Virus record (IMG/VR): IMGVR_UViG_3300025924_000017
Location: 161,612-225,611 of that record
Strand: one strand, 5' to 3'
From: a virus
Lineage: Duplodnaviria; Caudoviricetes
Length of the DNA: 64,000 bases
The position numbers and the translations under genes are program-made. Shown here piece after piece: positions 33,517 through 44,516 of this stretch. Position 1 is the stretch's first letter, and every line of letters begins with the position of its first letter. The notes beneath the pieces were generated by a model. It ran no database searches. It saw nothing but the letters and a program-made list of their open reading frames with translations, and was not told the DNA's origin.

Positions 33517-34640
33517 AGGTCGCGCTCCCCTTTGTAGAGCTTCGTCGCGACCGGGAAGCGCGGGATGCCGTCAGGCGTGTAGGCAAAGAACTGCACCGAC
33601 ACGACGCCGGGCACGTACTGTTCGGTTTCCTTCAGCACGGTACGGCAGAAGTCCTGCGATCCCTTCAGCGTGGCCTTGGGCCGCTCGCCGTTCGCCAGAC
33701 GCTTGTCGCCCGGCAAAATGTATTCGACCACCTTGGCGTACCCAGCCCAGTTACCGTCGCCTTCGATGATCCGCGAGATCGGGAAGTCTTCGTCCTGAAA
33801 TTCCTTGCGCTTGCGCAGCGTCTTTGAGCGCTTCTGTTCATAGGGTGCATCGGCACGCCACATAGAGCCTTCGTATCCGGCTATGAGCCAGTACCCGTGA
33901 AACTCGTCGTATTCTTCGGCGCTGGTGACGATGCGTGTCTCGACCAACTGAATCGGCGTGTCGTCCCCGAACTGGAAGTCGAAGCTGTGCTTCAGCATCT
34001 TGTGGCGGTCGCCGAAGTTCGCGTCGTAGGACGGAATATCGTAAACATGGTATTGGACGAGCTTCGCCGACAGCGCCAATTGCTCGGCGTCCGGCTTCTG
34101 CTTCTTCACGGCAGAGACGATGGAGTTGAAATCGTCCTTGAGCGCGTGGTTGTAAAGCTCGCCATCAAGTATCAGATCGGGTTGCTCGGCGAAGACCGGC
34201 GCGAGCAGTTCCATGATATGTGGGGCGCCCATGATCGGCTTTCCTTGCCGCGACCACAGACCATCGGCCTTCGCGATGCAGCGGATGCCGTCGAGTTTCG
34301 GCTGCGCGAAGCCGGGAGCGAAATCCTTGTACTTGTCGGCCAGCATCGGCTCGAAGAAGTGTGCGCCGCCCTGTGCGCCTTCGATGGTCCGATGATAGTC
34401 GCGGTCGAGGTTCTTGGTGTACTCAGCCTCGATCTCGAACGTTGCCTGCGCGACCGGATCGCGTTCGTTCGAACGGCCGACGTTTGTAGCCTCGGCCTGC
34501 GTCCAGCCGGTGACGGCTTTCTTGCCATCCGCCAGTCCGGAGTGTGTACGATAGCGGGAGCCGTCCTGCTCCATCCACCATTCGCGGAGCTTCTTTTTGC
34601 TGTCGAGCTTGTAGAGGGTGTCGTAAACCTTCTGCATCAC
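33513..34640 (-). CDS. lig: ATP-dependent DNA ligase with N-terminal WGR-like extension
   Basis: AQPKLDGIRC (motif I, adenylated Lys), LDGELY, YHVYD, EGSMWR, KRSKTLRKRK, GIPRFP. Confidence 0.93.
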   Translation of the reverse strand: MMQKVYDTLYKLDSKKKLREWWMEQDGSRYRTHSGLADGKKAVTGWTQAEATNVGRSNERDPVAQATFEIEAEYTKNLDRDYHRTIEGAQGGAHFFEPMLADKYKDFAPGFAQPKLDGIRCIAKADGLWSRQGKPIMGAPHIMELLAPVFAEQPDLILDGELYNHALKDDFNSIVSAVKKQKPDAEQLALSAKLVQYHVYDIPSYDANFGDRHKMLKHSFDFQFGDDTPIQLVETRIVTSAEEYDEFHGYWLIAGYEGSMWRADAPYEQKRSKTLRKRKEFQDEDFPISRIIEGDGNWAGYAKVVEYILPGDKRLANGERPKATLKGSQDFCRTVLKETEQYVPGVVSVQFFAYTPDGIPRFPVATKLYKGERDL

Positions 34641-34967
34641 GCATGCTCGCAGCGGTTTGCGTAGAAACCATCGAAGCCCCGCGTCCCGGAGCGTGTGATC
34701 AGCACGAGGCCGTCGCTGCCCTCGCGCAGTCCTTCGACCTCAAACTCGATCCCGATGTCAGCCGCGCCATCGCCGTATTTGTTGTCGGCGATTACACGGG
34801 CTTTGTCGCCCACTTTCCATTCAGGTGTGACATTCTCTTTGTTCATTGGTTTCACGCTTACAGAGACTCCAGAGTTAGGATGAAGACGGCTGATTGGATG
34901 CAGAAGATCGCGTATTCCGGCAGCGCATTCAGTCGAATGCAGTCTTCAAGAAAGCGCGGTGAGATGG

Positions 34968-35627
34968 TCATTCGCGATCTGTGGGTGGGGTCGGGTACGC
35001 TTGACGTTCGGCTGGCTTGGTGAACTCAGCGTAATTGCTGAATTGGAAGTGCGGATCGTAGGACCATGCGTCTTGCGAGGTGAGCGCCTCGATTTCCGGC
35101 GGGATGGGCTGGTCCTCGGCCGTCCGGCGATATTCCTTCCCTTCGAACGTGATCGGATAGCCGAGGAGCCACATGCGCACCGCGCGTTCGCGCCGGTGAA
35201 TTGCGCAGCTAACATTGATTTCGAAGGTGCGCGGTCCGTTGAAATACCACGGGATCGAGGTGATGGTGCAGTCCCCGAGCGTTTTCTTGTTCAGCGTGTC
35301 GCTGGGCTTAAACTCGATTTTCAACCCACGTGAGGCGCATGTCACAATGGCGTTGTTCAGTCGCCAAAGAATGGGCGACAAGAATGCGTGATAATCCCGA
35401 CAACCCTTCAAGTAGGCGGCATCATAAAAAGAGCCCAGATTCAGGTCCATTGATGCGTCGAGCGCGACACTGAGTCGTGTACCGAGTCGCAGATCGAACT
35501 TTGCGTTCTGCGTGACGCGAAGCTCGCCGCGCCACGCGGTCGGAGGCGAAGCACGCAGGATGTCGTTGAGCAGATCGACATCGTCGTAAATTTGCTGCAC
35601 CTGCCGCTCGATATTCTTGTCCAACAT
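34968..35627 (-). CDS. hypothetical protein
   Basis: 219-aa ORF coupled to the upstream gene; no motif recognised. Confidence 0.55.
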   Translation of the reverse strand: MLDKNIERQVQQIYDDVDLLNDILRASPPTAWRGELRVTQNAKFDLRLGTRLSVALDASMDLNLGSFYDAAYLKGCRDYHAFLSPILWRLNNAIVTCASRGLKIEFKPSDTLNKKTLGDCTITSIPWYFNGPRTFEINVSCAIHRRERAVRMWLLGYPITFEGKEYRRTAEDQPIPPEIEALTSQDAWSYDPHFQFSNYAEFTKPAERQAYPTPPTDRE

Positions 35628-36059
35628 TCAATACGATCCTTGTGCGATGAGCGTTGCTTTTTCCTTTGGCGAACGTCCCAACTGGAAGATGCGGAAGATG
35701 CCGTCTTCCAATTCCACGTCGTAGACCGTCACACGCGCTTGCCGTGCAATGTCGAACATATGACGTGTCCCGGGGCCGCCGGGGAAAGCCACGACGGCAT
35801 TCGGCTGCTCATCGAGCATGCGATGGTTGCGCATCTTGGGCGCGCGATCCGAATGGCCGTCGAGCTTGCTGTCTACGGGAAACGCCTCAACCTCGTAGCC
35901 GCGATCCTTGGCCCACCAATCGACGAAGGAGTCCGTCCCCTTAGCTTTGCCATGAATGTACTTCGTGGATTTCCCGAAGACGGCGGCGAGGCGGTCCATC
36001 ACTGCGTTCACAGCAGCTTGCGCGACGCGCACGCGACCGCCGGAGATGGCAACCAGCAT
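35628..36059 (-). CDS. DUF2493 / YspA-like SLOG-superfamily protein
   Basis: VAISGGR, IHGKAKGTD..WA, RNHRML, VVAFPGGPGTRHM. Confidence 0.82.
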   Translation of the reverse strand: MLVAISGGRVRVAQAAVNAVMDRLAAVFGKSTKYIHGKAKGTDSFVDWWAKDRGYEVEAFPVDSKLDGHSDRAPKMRNHRMLDEQPNAVVAFPGGPGTRHMFDIARQARVTVYDVELEDGIFRIFQLGRSPKEKATLIAQGSY

Positions 36060-36655
36060 CAGAATTCCTCCGTGTGGGCGTCCCACTCGGCGCTCTCCGG
36101 ATCGACCAATGGCGGCTCGTCATTGCTCATGTGATCCATCACGGCCGTCAGTGGTCCTCTGACCGCGTCTACCGGTTCGCGCTCGTAGAGCTTCTCAGCG
36201 ACGGCAGCAGCCATCAGAACTGGCAAGCCGTAACTTTGCACGAGTGCTGTTTGCGCCGCCTTGATCCAATCGACTTTTTTCACTCACTTATCTCCAACGA
36301 ACACGCTTGATCATTTTTCGGAATTCGCCTTCGAAATCGATTTCCATCTTCCCGGTGAGCCACTGGACCAGCGTGACTCGATGAGGCTTATCCGTTGGAT
36401 GTCCGAACAAAGCGCATTGCTCCGGAGGCAAAGTGCAAAACGGAAGTTCTGATGACGCTGTTGAGTCACGTACTGGTTCGTCCTTGAACCCCGGTAGAAA
36501 TTGAACGCCGACCGTATCTACGACCGCCGGGCGCCAAGTAAATCCGCAGGACTGGCACGAATGCGTGTGGTGCGGTTTCGTCGCGAACTCGCCTTTGTCG
36601 ATATGGCGCGCGCAGCACGCCTGTCTCGGGCACGTGAGGATCATGGGGATCGGCG

Positions 36656-37750
36656 TCACGTCCCGCTCCCATAGATCATGCTGTTACGGAAGATCGGCGC
36701 GGTTCCATAATGCGCCCACCCCAAAGCCGTATCCGGCGACCAACTCGAACGGGTCGTCCATTCCGACCCGGAGTCTCCAATCCCCACACAAGCCTGTCTC
36801 TGACATGCCTCCACAGCGCTGCGGCGTTGTCCGACAATCCTTATGGCCTCTGTGATGGCGGAGATCGTTGTATCGTGGGTCGTGGCGCCGTCCACGACGT
36901 TCGTCAGCAGTTCGTAGAACGGCTTTACTTTCGAGGAACGGACGTATTCGGGAATACCGACGTACTCACGGAAATGGGTCTCGTCGAGGAGGAAACACTC
37001 ACCGGCGGTACCCCACGCCCGTTCGTTCTCGTCCCATTCCCAAGCGCAGCCGTTGATGTCGGCGAGCACGCCGAGTGCGCTGAAACGATCTTCGCCGTCC
37101 CGCAGGCTGCCATAACCGAACTTGTGCTCACCCGCTTTGAGCGCCGCGATCCATTCGTCTATGGCAGTTTCGCTGAACCGAACGGTCTGTAGGAGGGCCG
37201 CAAGCTCCAAGGCTGTCGCGTCGTTTGTGGTTGACCACGCAGCACTGAAGTCTCTGTAATTGGCGATCTTTGCCAGCACATCGACTTCAAAACCACCCCG
37301 CCCATTCGCATAGTTACTAAGGGAAGAATAATTTATGGACGGGCGCCACGCATCGAATGGGGTCGGTTTAGGACCCTCTCCAACGACGTACATTTCCAAA
37401 TTCAACCTGCGCCCCTTTTCTCCCGCGAGAGGCATTCTGCGCGCATTGTAGAGAGACTCGGGCGTTGCGATCCCCGTCCATTCGAAACGCGGTCCCCAGA
37501 TGAAGGCATTCACAACCTTGGGCTCAAACGCGAGTTCGAGCGCGGTCGGTAGCGAATTCGGGTCGATCCGATCTGCGTAGTCCCTGTAGAGGCGCTGGGC
37601 ATGCAGCCGTGTGTTGGGCTCCGAAGTAAGTACCCGCTTGGTATCGCACAGACGAACCATGGCTTCGAGGTCCTCAAGTTTGAGGGTTCGAGCCTGACTG
37701 GTGAGGTTCATTTTGGTCGTGAGCAAATTGTTCTTGATCGTCATCAGCAA
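36656..37750 (-). CDS. hypothetical 364-aa protein coupled to the aGPT-Pplase gene
   Basis: Long ORF overlapping the upstream stop; contains WIAALKAGEHKFGYGSL...FSALGVL, a motif seen in phage proteins. Confidence 0.55.
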   Translation of the reverse strand: MLMTIKNNLLTTKMNLTSQARTLKLEDLEAMVRLCDTKRVLTSEPNTRLHAQRLYRDYADRIDPNSLPTALELAFEPKVVNAFIWGPRFEWTGIATPESLYNARRMPLAGEKGRRLNLEMYVVGEGPKPTPFDAWRPSINYSSLSNYANGRGGFEVDVLAKIANYRDFSAAWSTTNDATALELAALLQTVRFSETAIDEWIAALKAGEHKFGYGSLRDGEDRFSALGVLADINGCAWEWDENERAWGTAGECFLLDETHFREYVGIPEYVRSSKVKPFYELLTNVVDGATTHDTTISAITEAIRIVGQRRSAVEACQRQACVGIGDSGSEWTTRSSWSPDTALGWAHYGTAPIFRNSMIYGSGT

Positions 37751-38613
37751 CCACGCCCGGGCACATACAACGCGCGTGGTTTTCCTTCACCATTCAGCAC
37801 GCGCAGGAATTTGTCGGTCTCGCAGTAGATATTTGGCACGTCGCTGAAATCGACGTGGATGTCCAGTTCGCGCTTGATCGCTTCGTACGTCGCGCGGAGT
37901 TCGATGAGAGCTTGATCCTGCTTCAGCGCGTAATCGACCGGACGCCCATGAATACGGTTCAGACCGCGAATGGTGCCGGGACCGGCGGCGGCCCACGTCT
38001 CGATGTCGGACGCTTTGTTGAGGAGATCGGTGAAGCGCATGTCCACAATGGCCTGATACGCCATAAATGGACCCCAGCCATTGAACTTGGTGATGCGTTG
38101 ATGGGTACCCTGCAACGTCGCAGTGCCGGACTCCAGATAATCAGTGATCTCGTCGCGGATATTCCAGAGGGCGCCGCAGACTTCGCCAATGATGTACCAC
38201 TGCTTGTCCGCACCTTTCTGCTGCGGGGCGGAGATCATGTAGGCGCCGGTGTAAACCTTGTCGCCCCGAGCCTTGCGAGCATTCAACTGCGCCGCCATGC
38301 GTTGAAGCGTGAAGGCCGAACAGCGGGGCCACGTTTCCGGATACTGGATCAGTTCGGCTAGTGTGTCGGGCCAGTTGATCTGGCGCGCCACGCAGAGCAT
38401 CCACCACAGGTACGGCTCATCGGCGAACGGTTCGCGGATATTCTCCCTGATCCAGATCGTGCCGCGATCATCTTCACGCCGCACGTTGCAGAAGCGGAAC
38501 TTGCCGATGATGTCATCGTCGGTCCACGGATAAGGCGCGCCGGATTCCTTCGCGATCCGGACTTTCTCGCGTTCCTGCATCCAGTAGAAAAGGGGGTTGT
38601 AGTCGGGTGTCAT
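37744..38613 (-). CDS. aGPT-Pplase1 / amino acid:DNA transferase family protein (DNA hypermodification)
   Basis: WMQEREKVRI, WTDDDIIGKFRFCNVRREDDR, GWGPFMAYQAIVD, GPGTIRGL, DVPNIYCETDKFLR. Confidence 0.85.
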   Translation of the reverse strand: MTPDYNPLFYWMQEREKVRIAKESGAPYPWTDDDIIGKFRFCNVRREDDRGTIWIRENIREPFADEPYLWWMLCVARQINWPDTLAELIQYPETWPRCSAFTLQRMAAQLNARKARGDKVYTGAYMISAPQQKGADKQWYIIGEVCGALWNIRDEITDYLESGTATLQGTHQRITKFNGWGPFMAYQAIVDMRFTDLLNKASDIETWAAAGPGTIRGLNRIHGRPVDYALKQDQALIELRATYEAIKRELDIHVDFSDVPNIYCETDKFLRVLNGEGKPRALYVPGRGC

Positions 38614-39475
38614 ATCGCTTGCGTATGTCGTGATTTATGACATACGGCCGTATTTCACGACTGTCAACGAAAAAGAGGCGATCCCTCGCGAGATCGCCTC
38701 TTCCTTGGTTCTTGCCCACGCTTCGCCGGAGGACCGGTCAGCGTGCTGACCTCTTATCCGGAACGCCCGCACGCGAGTGCGGTTGGGCCTTGTTGCGCCA
38801 GCGCAAATGGGTCGGACATTGTCGCGACCTTATTTGGATTCTCGCGTCCCCGTGAACCAAGAACGGCTGGAGGGGAGTTTTCGAGAGCTACACGACCGGT
38901 CCTGAACGAACTCTACCGGGCTTCCTGTCCGATTTCAATTTCGGATCGGCTAACAGGTTAAGACGCATCTGCTCCAGATCGGCGAGGCGCTTTTGCTCGG
39001 TGAGCCTGCGCGCTTCTTCCAATATCTCCCCAATCACCTGCGCATTCGCGCTCGGGACCTTCCGCTTCGCTTTTATGACCGCGCTGAAACCGTACTCATG
39101 ACCGAGGGCGCGCAGTTCGGGGTCCAGATCGTCGAAAATCTTGAAGACCGCCGCGTCTTCTGCCGGATCGCGGCCGAGCTTGCGCGGCGGCTCCTTCGCC
39201 CTGATCTCCCGCTCTTGCTCACGCAGGCGGGCGCGACGTCGGCGCTCGCGAAGAGGAAGGCTCAAAGTTTGATTACCTGTTCTGAGCCAGTTGCATCGGA
39301 AGGATGATGGGCCAACCGAGCGAGAAGATCAGCGCTGCGAAGAAGCCGGGAAAGCGGAAGACGACACGCCCATCTTGGATGTATCGCGCCGACGCCGTGA
39401 AGTTTCCCCTGCACAGATGGATAAGCATCAGCACCGAGAAGCCGGTCCAGTAGACCCATTCGAGGACGGTCCACA

Positions 39476-40900
39476 TCAGAGTTGCGCGTCCACGCGCGGG
39501 CGGATGTCCGTCGTCAGGTGATGGGCGTTGATAACCGAGCCGTTCAGATAACGCGGCACCAGCAGATCGTTCGAGAACTCCTGTCCGGCGACACGAGTGT
39601 GCGTCACGATATTGCCGAATTCCTGTGTCACGGCGAAGCGACCCTTCTTTGACGCCTTACCCGGGTCGGTGATCGGGTCCTTGAAGACTTCGATGTGCGA
39701 ACCGTCCTCCATTTCGTAATCGCTGGCTTTCATCGCCCATCTATCGCTATCGCGATTCATATCTTTCGCGGCGATTCCGCCGCCGGAACCGGTGAACACG
39801 CTGTCCGCAGAGATGCCCATGTCATACGCGATCTGGAATGGCTCGGTGACGGTGATTTCGTCCATGCCGTCCGCCCACAGGGCTTTGAGGTTCAGGTTGA
39901 TGACCTCGAAGCCTTTGCTGTTCCGGGTCGTGCCGACTGCCTGACACATCGTGCGCAGGATTTCCGGAAGAACCATGAAACGGTCGCCGCTATCGGGCCG
40001 GATGACGACGTTGAGCTTCTTGTTACGGATGATGTCGAGCCGGTCGGGCCGCATCAGTTTCTTGACGAACTCGAAGATGTTCCACGTATCGCCAACGAGC
40101 GAAAGGATCGAGCCCGGCTCCGCCATTGCGAGTTCGTGGTCGATGTAGCTGTCGTCATCGCGGACCCAGCCGGATGCGATGCTGTGCTCGGTCGCGGCGA
40201 CCGAGAACGCCGCCATTGGGTCCTGATAGTAGTAATTGGTGAAGCGTACGCCCGGCAGGTTGTCGGAGCCCTTGAACATGAAGTTGAAGGCTGCACCGGC
40301 GAGACGCGAATGATCGTAGCCGAACACGCCGCGCGAACAGAAGTCGAGGATGGCGAACGGGTTGATGCCGTTGTCGCTAGTCTTGTCGAAGTACGGCTTG
40401 ATGCGCTGTTTCATGCGGAAGACGCGGGTCGCGATGGATGCAGCAGGCCAGAAGTCACGCAACATGCGCGTCTCCTGATATGTCGTGAGCGGTGCAGTAA
40501 TCGCAGAACCGGTATTCTCGACTGTGATCATCGGCGTGCGCTTGGGAACGATCAGCCCTTCCGGCAGCGCGCGGACTTCGAGCGGCAACATGCGGTCGTG
40601 CTTGTTAACGATCTCGTCCCACATCTTCTTGTTGAAGTAGGACGTGTAGCCAAAGTGCCTGCCGAAGGTGTCACCTGCTTCCTCGATCATCCAGTCTTCG
40701 ACCGGCTGGGCCAACTTCTCGTAGAGGAACGGCTGGAAAGGACCCATCATGATGTCGGCGTGCTCGCCGCCGCGTGACTCGATAAAGCTGTGAACGCGCT
40801 TGATACCGGGGCGGTACAGCAGGTGCATCGGCACCTTGTAGCTGTCCACGTCGATAATCGGGTTGTACGGCTGCGGTCGCAGGTATGTCGGGAGATTCAT
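39476..40900 (-). CDS. nadV: nicotinamide phosphoribosyltransferase (NAMPT)
   Basis: DVDSYKVPMH, DFCSRG, ATEHS, VGDTWN, VIRPDSGD, KDPITDPGKASKKGR. Confidence 0.93.
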   Translation of the reverse strand: MNLPTYLRPQPYNPIIDVDSYKVPMHLLYRPGIKRVHSFIESRGGEHADIMMGPFQPFLYEKLAQPVEDWMIEEAGDTFGRHFGYTSYFNKKMWDEIVNKHDRMLPLEVRALPEGLIVPKRTPMITVENTGSAITAPLTTYQETRMLRDFWPAASIATRVFRMKQRIKPYFDKTSDNGINPFAILDFCSRGVFGYDHSRLAGAAFNFMFKGSDNLPGVRFTNYYYQDPMAAFSVAATEHSIASGWVRDDDSYIDHELAMAEPGSILSLVGDTWNIFEFVKKLMRPDRLDIIRNKKLNVVIRPDSGDRFMVLPEILRTMCQAVGTTRNSKGFEVINLNLKALWADGMDEITVTEPFQIAYDMGISADSVFTGSGGGIAAKDMNRDSDRWAMKASDYEMEDGSHIEVFKDPITDPGKASKKGRFAVTQEFGNIVTHTRVAGQEFSNDLLVPRYLNGSVINAHHLTTDIRPRVDAQL

Positions 40901-41823
40901 GATCGTTCCTTGACTAGGCGGTGGCGGCCTTCCAAGGGCCGAGTTCGCGGTGAAGGCTGAAACGGAAGGGACCCAGTGCCCACACAGACTTGTTGCGAAT
41001 GTCTTGGCGGCCTTTCGCCCAAGAGAAAGGCATCAGCGAAAGGCTGAAGCCGATATTGCGGAGGGTCATCTGGATTCCTGTGTGGTAGGGCAGTGTTGAC
41101 GCAGTGTGTGCGGATCGGCGCAGACGCTTGCCTGTTCGACAATCACGCCGAGACCGAAGCCGAGAAAGGTGAGTAAAATTGCGATGATGATCGGCATGTC
41201 AGTCCTTCAACATCTCAGGCGATGACGAAACCGGGCCGCGTGTCGGCGAGGATTACTCTGCGAAGTTCGGCGGGGATGGGCGCATAGCGTTTGATGTAAT
41301 CCTCGCCTTCCGCCTTCGTGAGCGCGAGCGAATCTTCTCCTGACGGGGAGGAGGCGTTGTAACTGCCATCATCCCTACGGGCGAGCATAACGTAAGCACC
41401 ATTTTTAACGCGGTCGGCGATGTTCCAACTCATGTTCAGTCCTTGAACTGCGCGGAGACGACATCCACGGCGGTGAACTTGGCGAAGTAATCGGTTCCCT
41501 CGAAGATCAGGTTGTTCGTCCCTTCGCCTTCGAGGCAGTCGAGGAGGTTGGCGAGGCTGTCCGGCTCGTAGTCTTCGAGCGTGGAAAGTTCTTCGACCTC
41601 CATCGTGGCGTCGCGCGCAAATTGCTCGCGCTCTTTGTCGTCGAGGTCTTCGACGGTGATGTCGAGCGTTACCCTCAAAATTTTCTTCGCCATTATTTGC
41701 CCTCCGGCAGGTAGTGACAAACTTCGTACCAGTTGTCGTGATGGAGCATGATCGCCGCGCGTTCAGTCCAGATGCCGAGCGTCCAGCCAAGCACGATCAG
41801 TCCGAGTATCCCCGCGATGCGCA

Positions 41824-42852
41824 TCACAGATACCGCCGCATCCGATCCACGATGAACCCGTGATCGTCAAACATGGCTTTCGGCGTTGCCTTCGATAGCG
41901 GAAGCCAGAACGCGCGCTTGGCGTCGTCGTGGCGCCCCGGCGGCAAGATCGGGAGTGGCCCGTCAGGCAGCTTGAACAGGAAGGCTTCAGTGATCACCCG
42001 GGCGCGAGGGCTCCGGAACGGATCGTCAAAGCGTTCGCGGCCTCGGAAGTGAGGCCACAGAAGGCGTGAGGAAGCCTCGTATTGATCCTTCCACAGGGTA
42101 TCGAAGAGACAGGTCTCCTCGAAGCACTCTCGGACGGCACACCAATCCAGCGTCTCCCAGAGTTCGAGATGACCGCCGGGAAGAGCGATCTCGCCTTCGC
42201 CGATCTCACCGCCGCGCTCGACCGCGAGCACGTGACCTGACTGAATGACGACGGCGTCGGCGCACTGGAACGGCCCTTCGCCCCACTGCTTACGATACGC
42301 GCACTCGGCGAGATACTGCTTGGAGAGCCATGCGAACTCCGGCTTATTACTGAAGTCGCGCAGGAATTCGATGGTCGCGTCGGGGAGCTTCTCGGTTTCG
42401 CAGATGCCCTCGAAATAGGCTCTTCGAATAGCCGTGGCGTTGACACCGAGATCGCTGGCTTGGGGCGCATAAAGACCCCACTGTGGAAATTTGTTCAGGT
42501 AGAATGTCGAGGCGTCACGGTTGTGGCCCGTGATGGAGACTTTTCCGTGAGGCTCGGCTTTTCCGACGACAGCCTGCGTGTTCTCGATCCAGCGCTGCTG
42601 ATCATAGGGATGATCGTCGAGATCGATAACATCGATACGACTAAGCATTCCTTCATCTTCCATCGCCCAGCTAATCGTCCGGGCGCGTTCTTCGGCGGTG
42701 AAAGGGTTGCGGGTGTCGCGGTGCCGGTTTGCCGATCCGACCAGAAAGATCAGCCGGTCAAACTTCTCTAGCGTGCGGAGCGCGACTTCGAGATGGTATT
42801 TGTGGAAGGGCTGAAAGCGACCGATGAAGACGGCCGTGGAGGAATGATTCAA
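41824..42852 (-). CDS. nadM: bifunctional NMN adenylyltransferase / Nudix ADP-ribose pyrophosphatase
   Basis: FIGRFQPFHKYH (HxGH-like), NPFTAEER, NATAIR; Nudix box LPGGHLELWETLDWCAVRECFEET; FDDH; TTG start overlaps the upstream stop. Confidence 0.92.
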   Translation of the reverse strand: MNHSSTAVFIGRFQPFHKYHLEVALRTLEKFDRLIFLVGSANRHRDTRNPFTAEERARTISWAMEDEGMLSRIDVIDLDDHPYDQQRWIENTQAVVGKAEPHGKVSITGHNRDASTFYLNKFPQWGLYAPQASDLGVNATAIRRAYFEGICETEKLPDATIEFLRDFSNKPEFAWLSKQYLAECAYRKQWGEGPFQCADAVVIQSGHVLAVERGGEIGEGEIALPGGHLELWETLDWCAVRECFEETCLFDTLWKDQYEASSRLLWPHFRGRERFDDPFRSPRARVITEAFLFKLPDGPLPILPPGRHDDAKRAFWLPLSKATPKAMFDDHGFIVDRMRRYL

Positions 42853-43186
42853 CAACCGAAGGGCTCCAAGCAAGGAGATTGTGTTCGCTTCTGACCGCGT
42901 GACTTCGCGCCCCACAGGTACAGATCGGATTTGTGAACATCGTACCGGGTGCCGAGAAAAGGCGCCTCGACCTCGACGACACCCATCCAAGCCTTGCGAT
43001 GCCTAATGCGCTCCCGTGCTGCGTGGACGGCGTCATCGAGACTGGGGCAATCCTCGATCACCTCGCAACTATCCAGTGGGAGGCCTTTCAGGACCTTCGC
43101 TGGATCGAGATACGCGATGGTCGTCGCGCGGGAGTTGACGGAAGTCTGCAATGTCATGGTTCACGGCAGATAGATGGATATTCTTC

Positions 43187-43414
43187 TTTTGTCAACCCTC
43201 GAAATTGCCGATTGACTACACCTTCCTGTTGGCAACAATGAAGTCGCGAGCGCACAAGATCGCCTCTTTCTCGTCTTCGAGATGGTCGGCCGAATGGCCT
43301 TTATGGCGCTTCTTGGCAATCTCCAAGTCGAGAAAATTCGCGACACCGTCAAGTACGGAGATCACAACACTGTTTGGTATGGAAGCCCGGTTCATTGTAA
43401 TTTTGTCAACCCTC
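43187..43414 (-). repeat. 14-bp promoter repeat GAGGGTTGACAAAA (43187-43200, 43401-43414; third copy on + at 62416-62429) bracketing a 59-aa ORF
   Basis: Exact repeats read directly; the 43187 copy is TTGACA-N17-TATCTG. Confidence 0.8.
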
Positions 43415-44516
43415 TAAATCGTCGATTGGCCGCATCTCGGCCGCCATGCGATATGCCCGTGCCATCGAAGACCCCGGTGGGTGATATGCGCCATACTGAT
43501 CGACGGCGCCGCCCTGTTCGTCCACGGCGTCCCGCAACGTGAGATCGTATTGCTCGTCCTCGGACCAGCCGCAGCCGGGGCAGCCCCACGGGCCGTAGAT
43601 CACGCCAACGCCGACATCGACCTCATGGCGGTCGCACTCGGCGCCGCATTTCTCGCAGGCGTGCGTTTCGCTCACTTGTGATACTTGCTGCGCGGCCAAA
43701 AGAACCGATGGATACGCCTCAGGACCAGATGCTTGCGCTCCGGCGGGCAGCCCGGCGCCACAGCGTCGGACGCGGAGCAGTAGCATCCGTGCTGGACCAT
43801 GCCGATGCAGTCCTCACAGTCGAACGTAGGCCACGCAGCGGCCTCTAGCTGGCGGCGCGTTTGGGTAATACGATAGGCCAACCACGTCCGGAACGGATGC
43901 TTGTGATAGTTCTCGACTATACTGTCGAGTCGGTCGATGACGGTCCGGTTGTGGTAGCAACTACCGCACAAGGGTGGCGAGCCCGGCTTGGCTGCGCACG
44001 TGGCACATTCGACGAATTGCATCATGGTGCTGCTTCGGTTTTTATTTTCCCGGTGCCGGTGCCGCGCAGTTCTTGGTCGCCACACTCCCAGCATTGACGG
44101 AATGGATTGTAGTGGTTGACACCGGTGCCGCCACATTTCGCACAATCGTCCGGCTCTCCGATATGTATGCGGTCGCCGAACCAATTGGGAAACATAAAAT
44201 CCTTCTCGCCCTGATAGCAGGGTGGGAAAGGTTCGCCATTGTACTGGATGACGTAGCGTCCCTCTTCGAAGACGGCTTTGTGTCCGTACTTCCGCAGCCA
44301 CGGGTGATTTCGGAGAAGATCGGCGTACATCGCCGCGTTCGCGTCGGCGGCTTCGTGCGTATGCTTGTACCAGCCAGCATGCGTGTGCTGGTGGACAACG
44401 AATGAAGGCATCAGAAGAAGTCCAGCAAACCGGTATGCCAGAGAAGAATGCCGACCACGGCTCCGATCAAGCCTACCGAAAGGCCGAGATCGAAGCCGTG
44501 CACCGTGAGGAACTGC

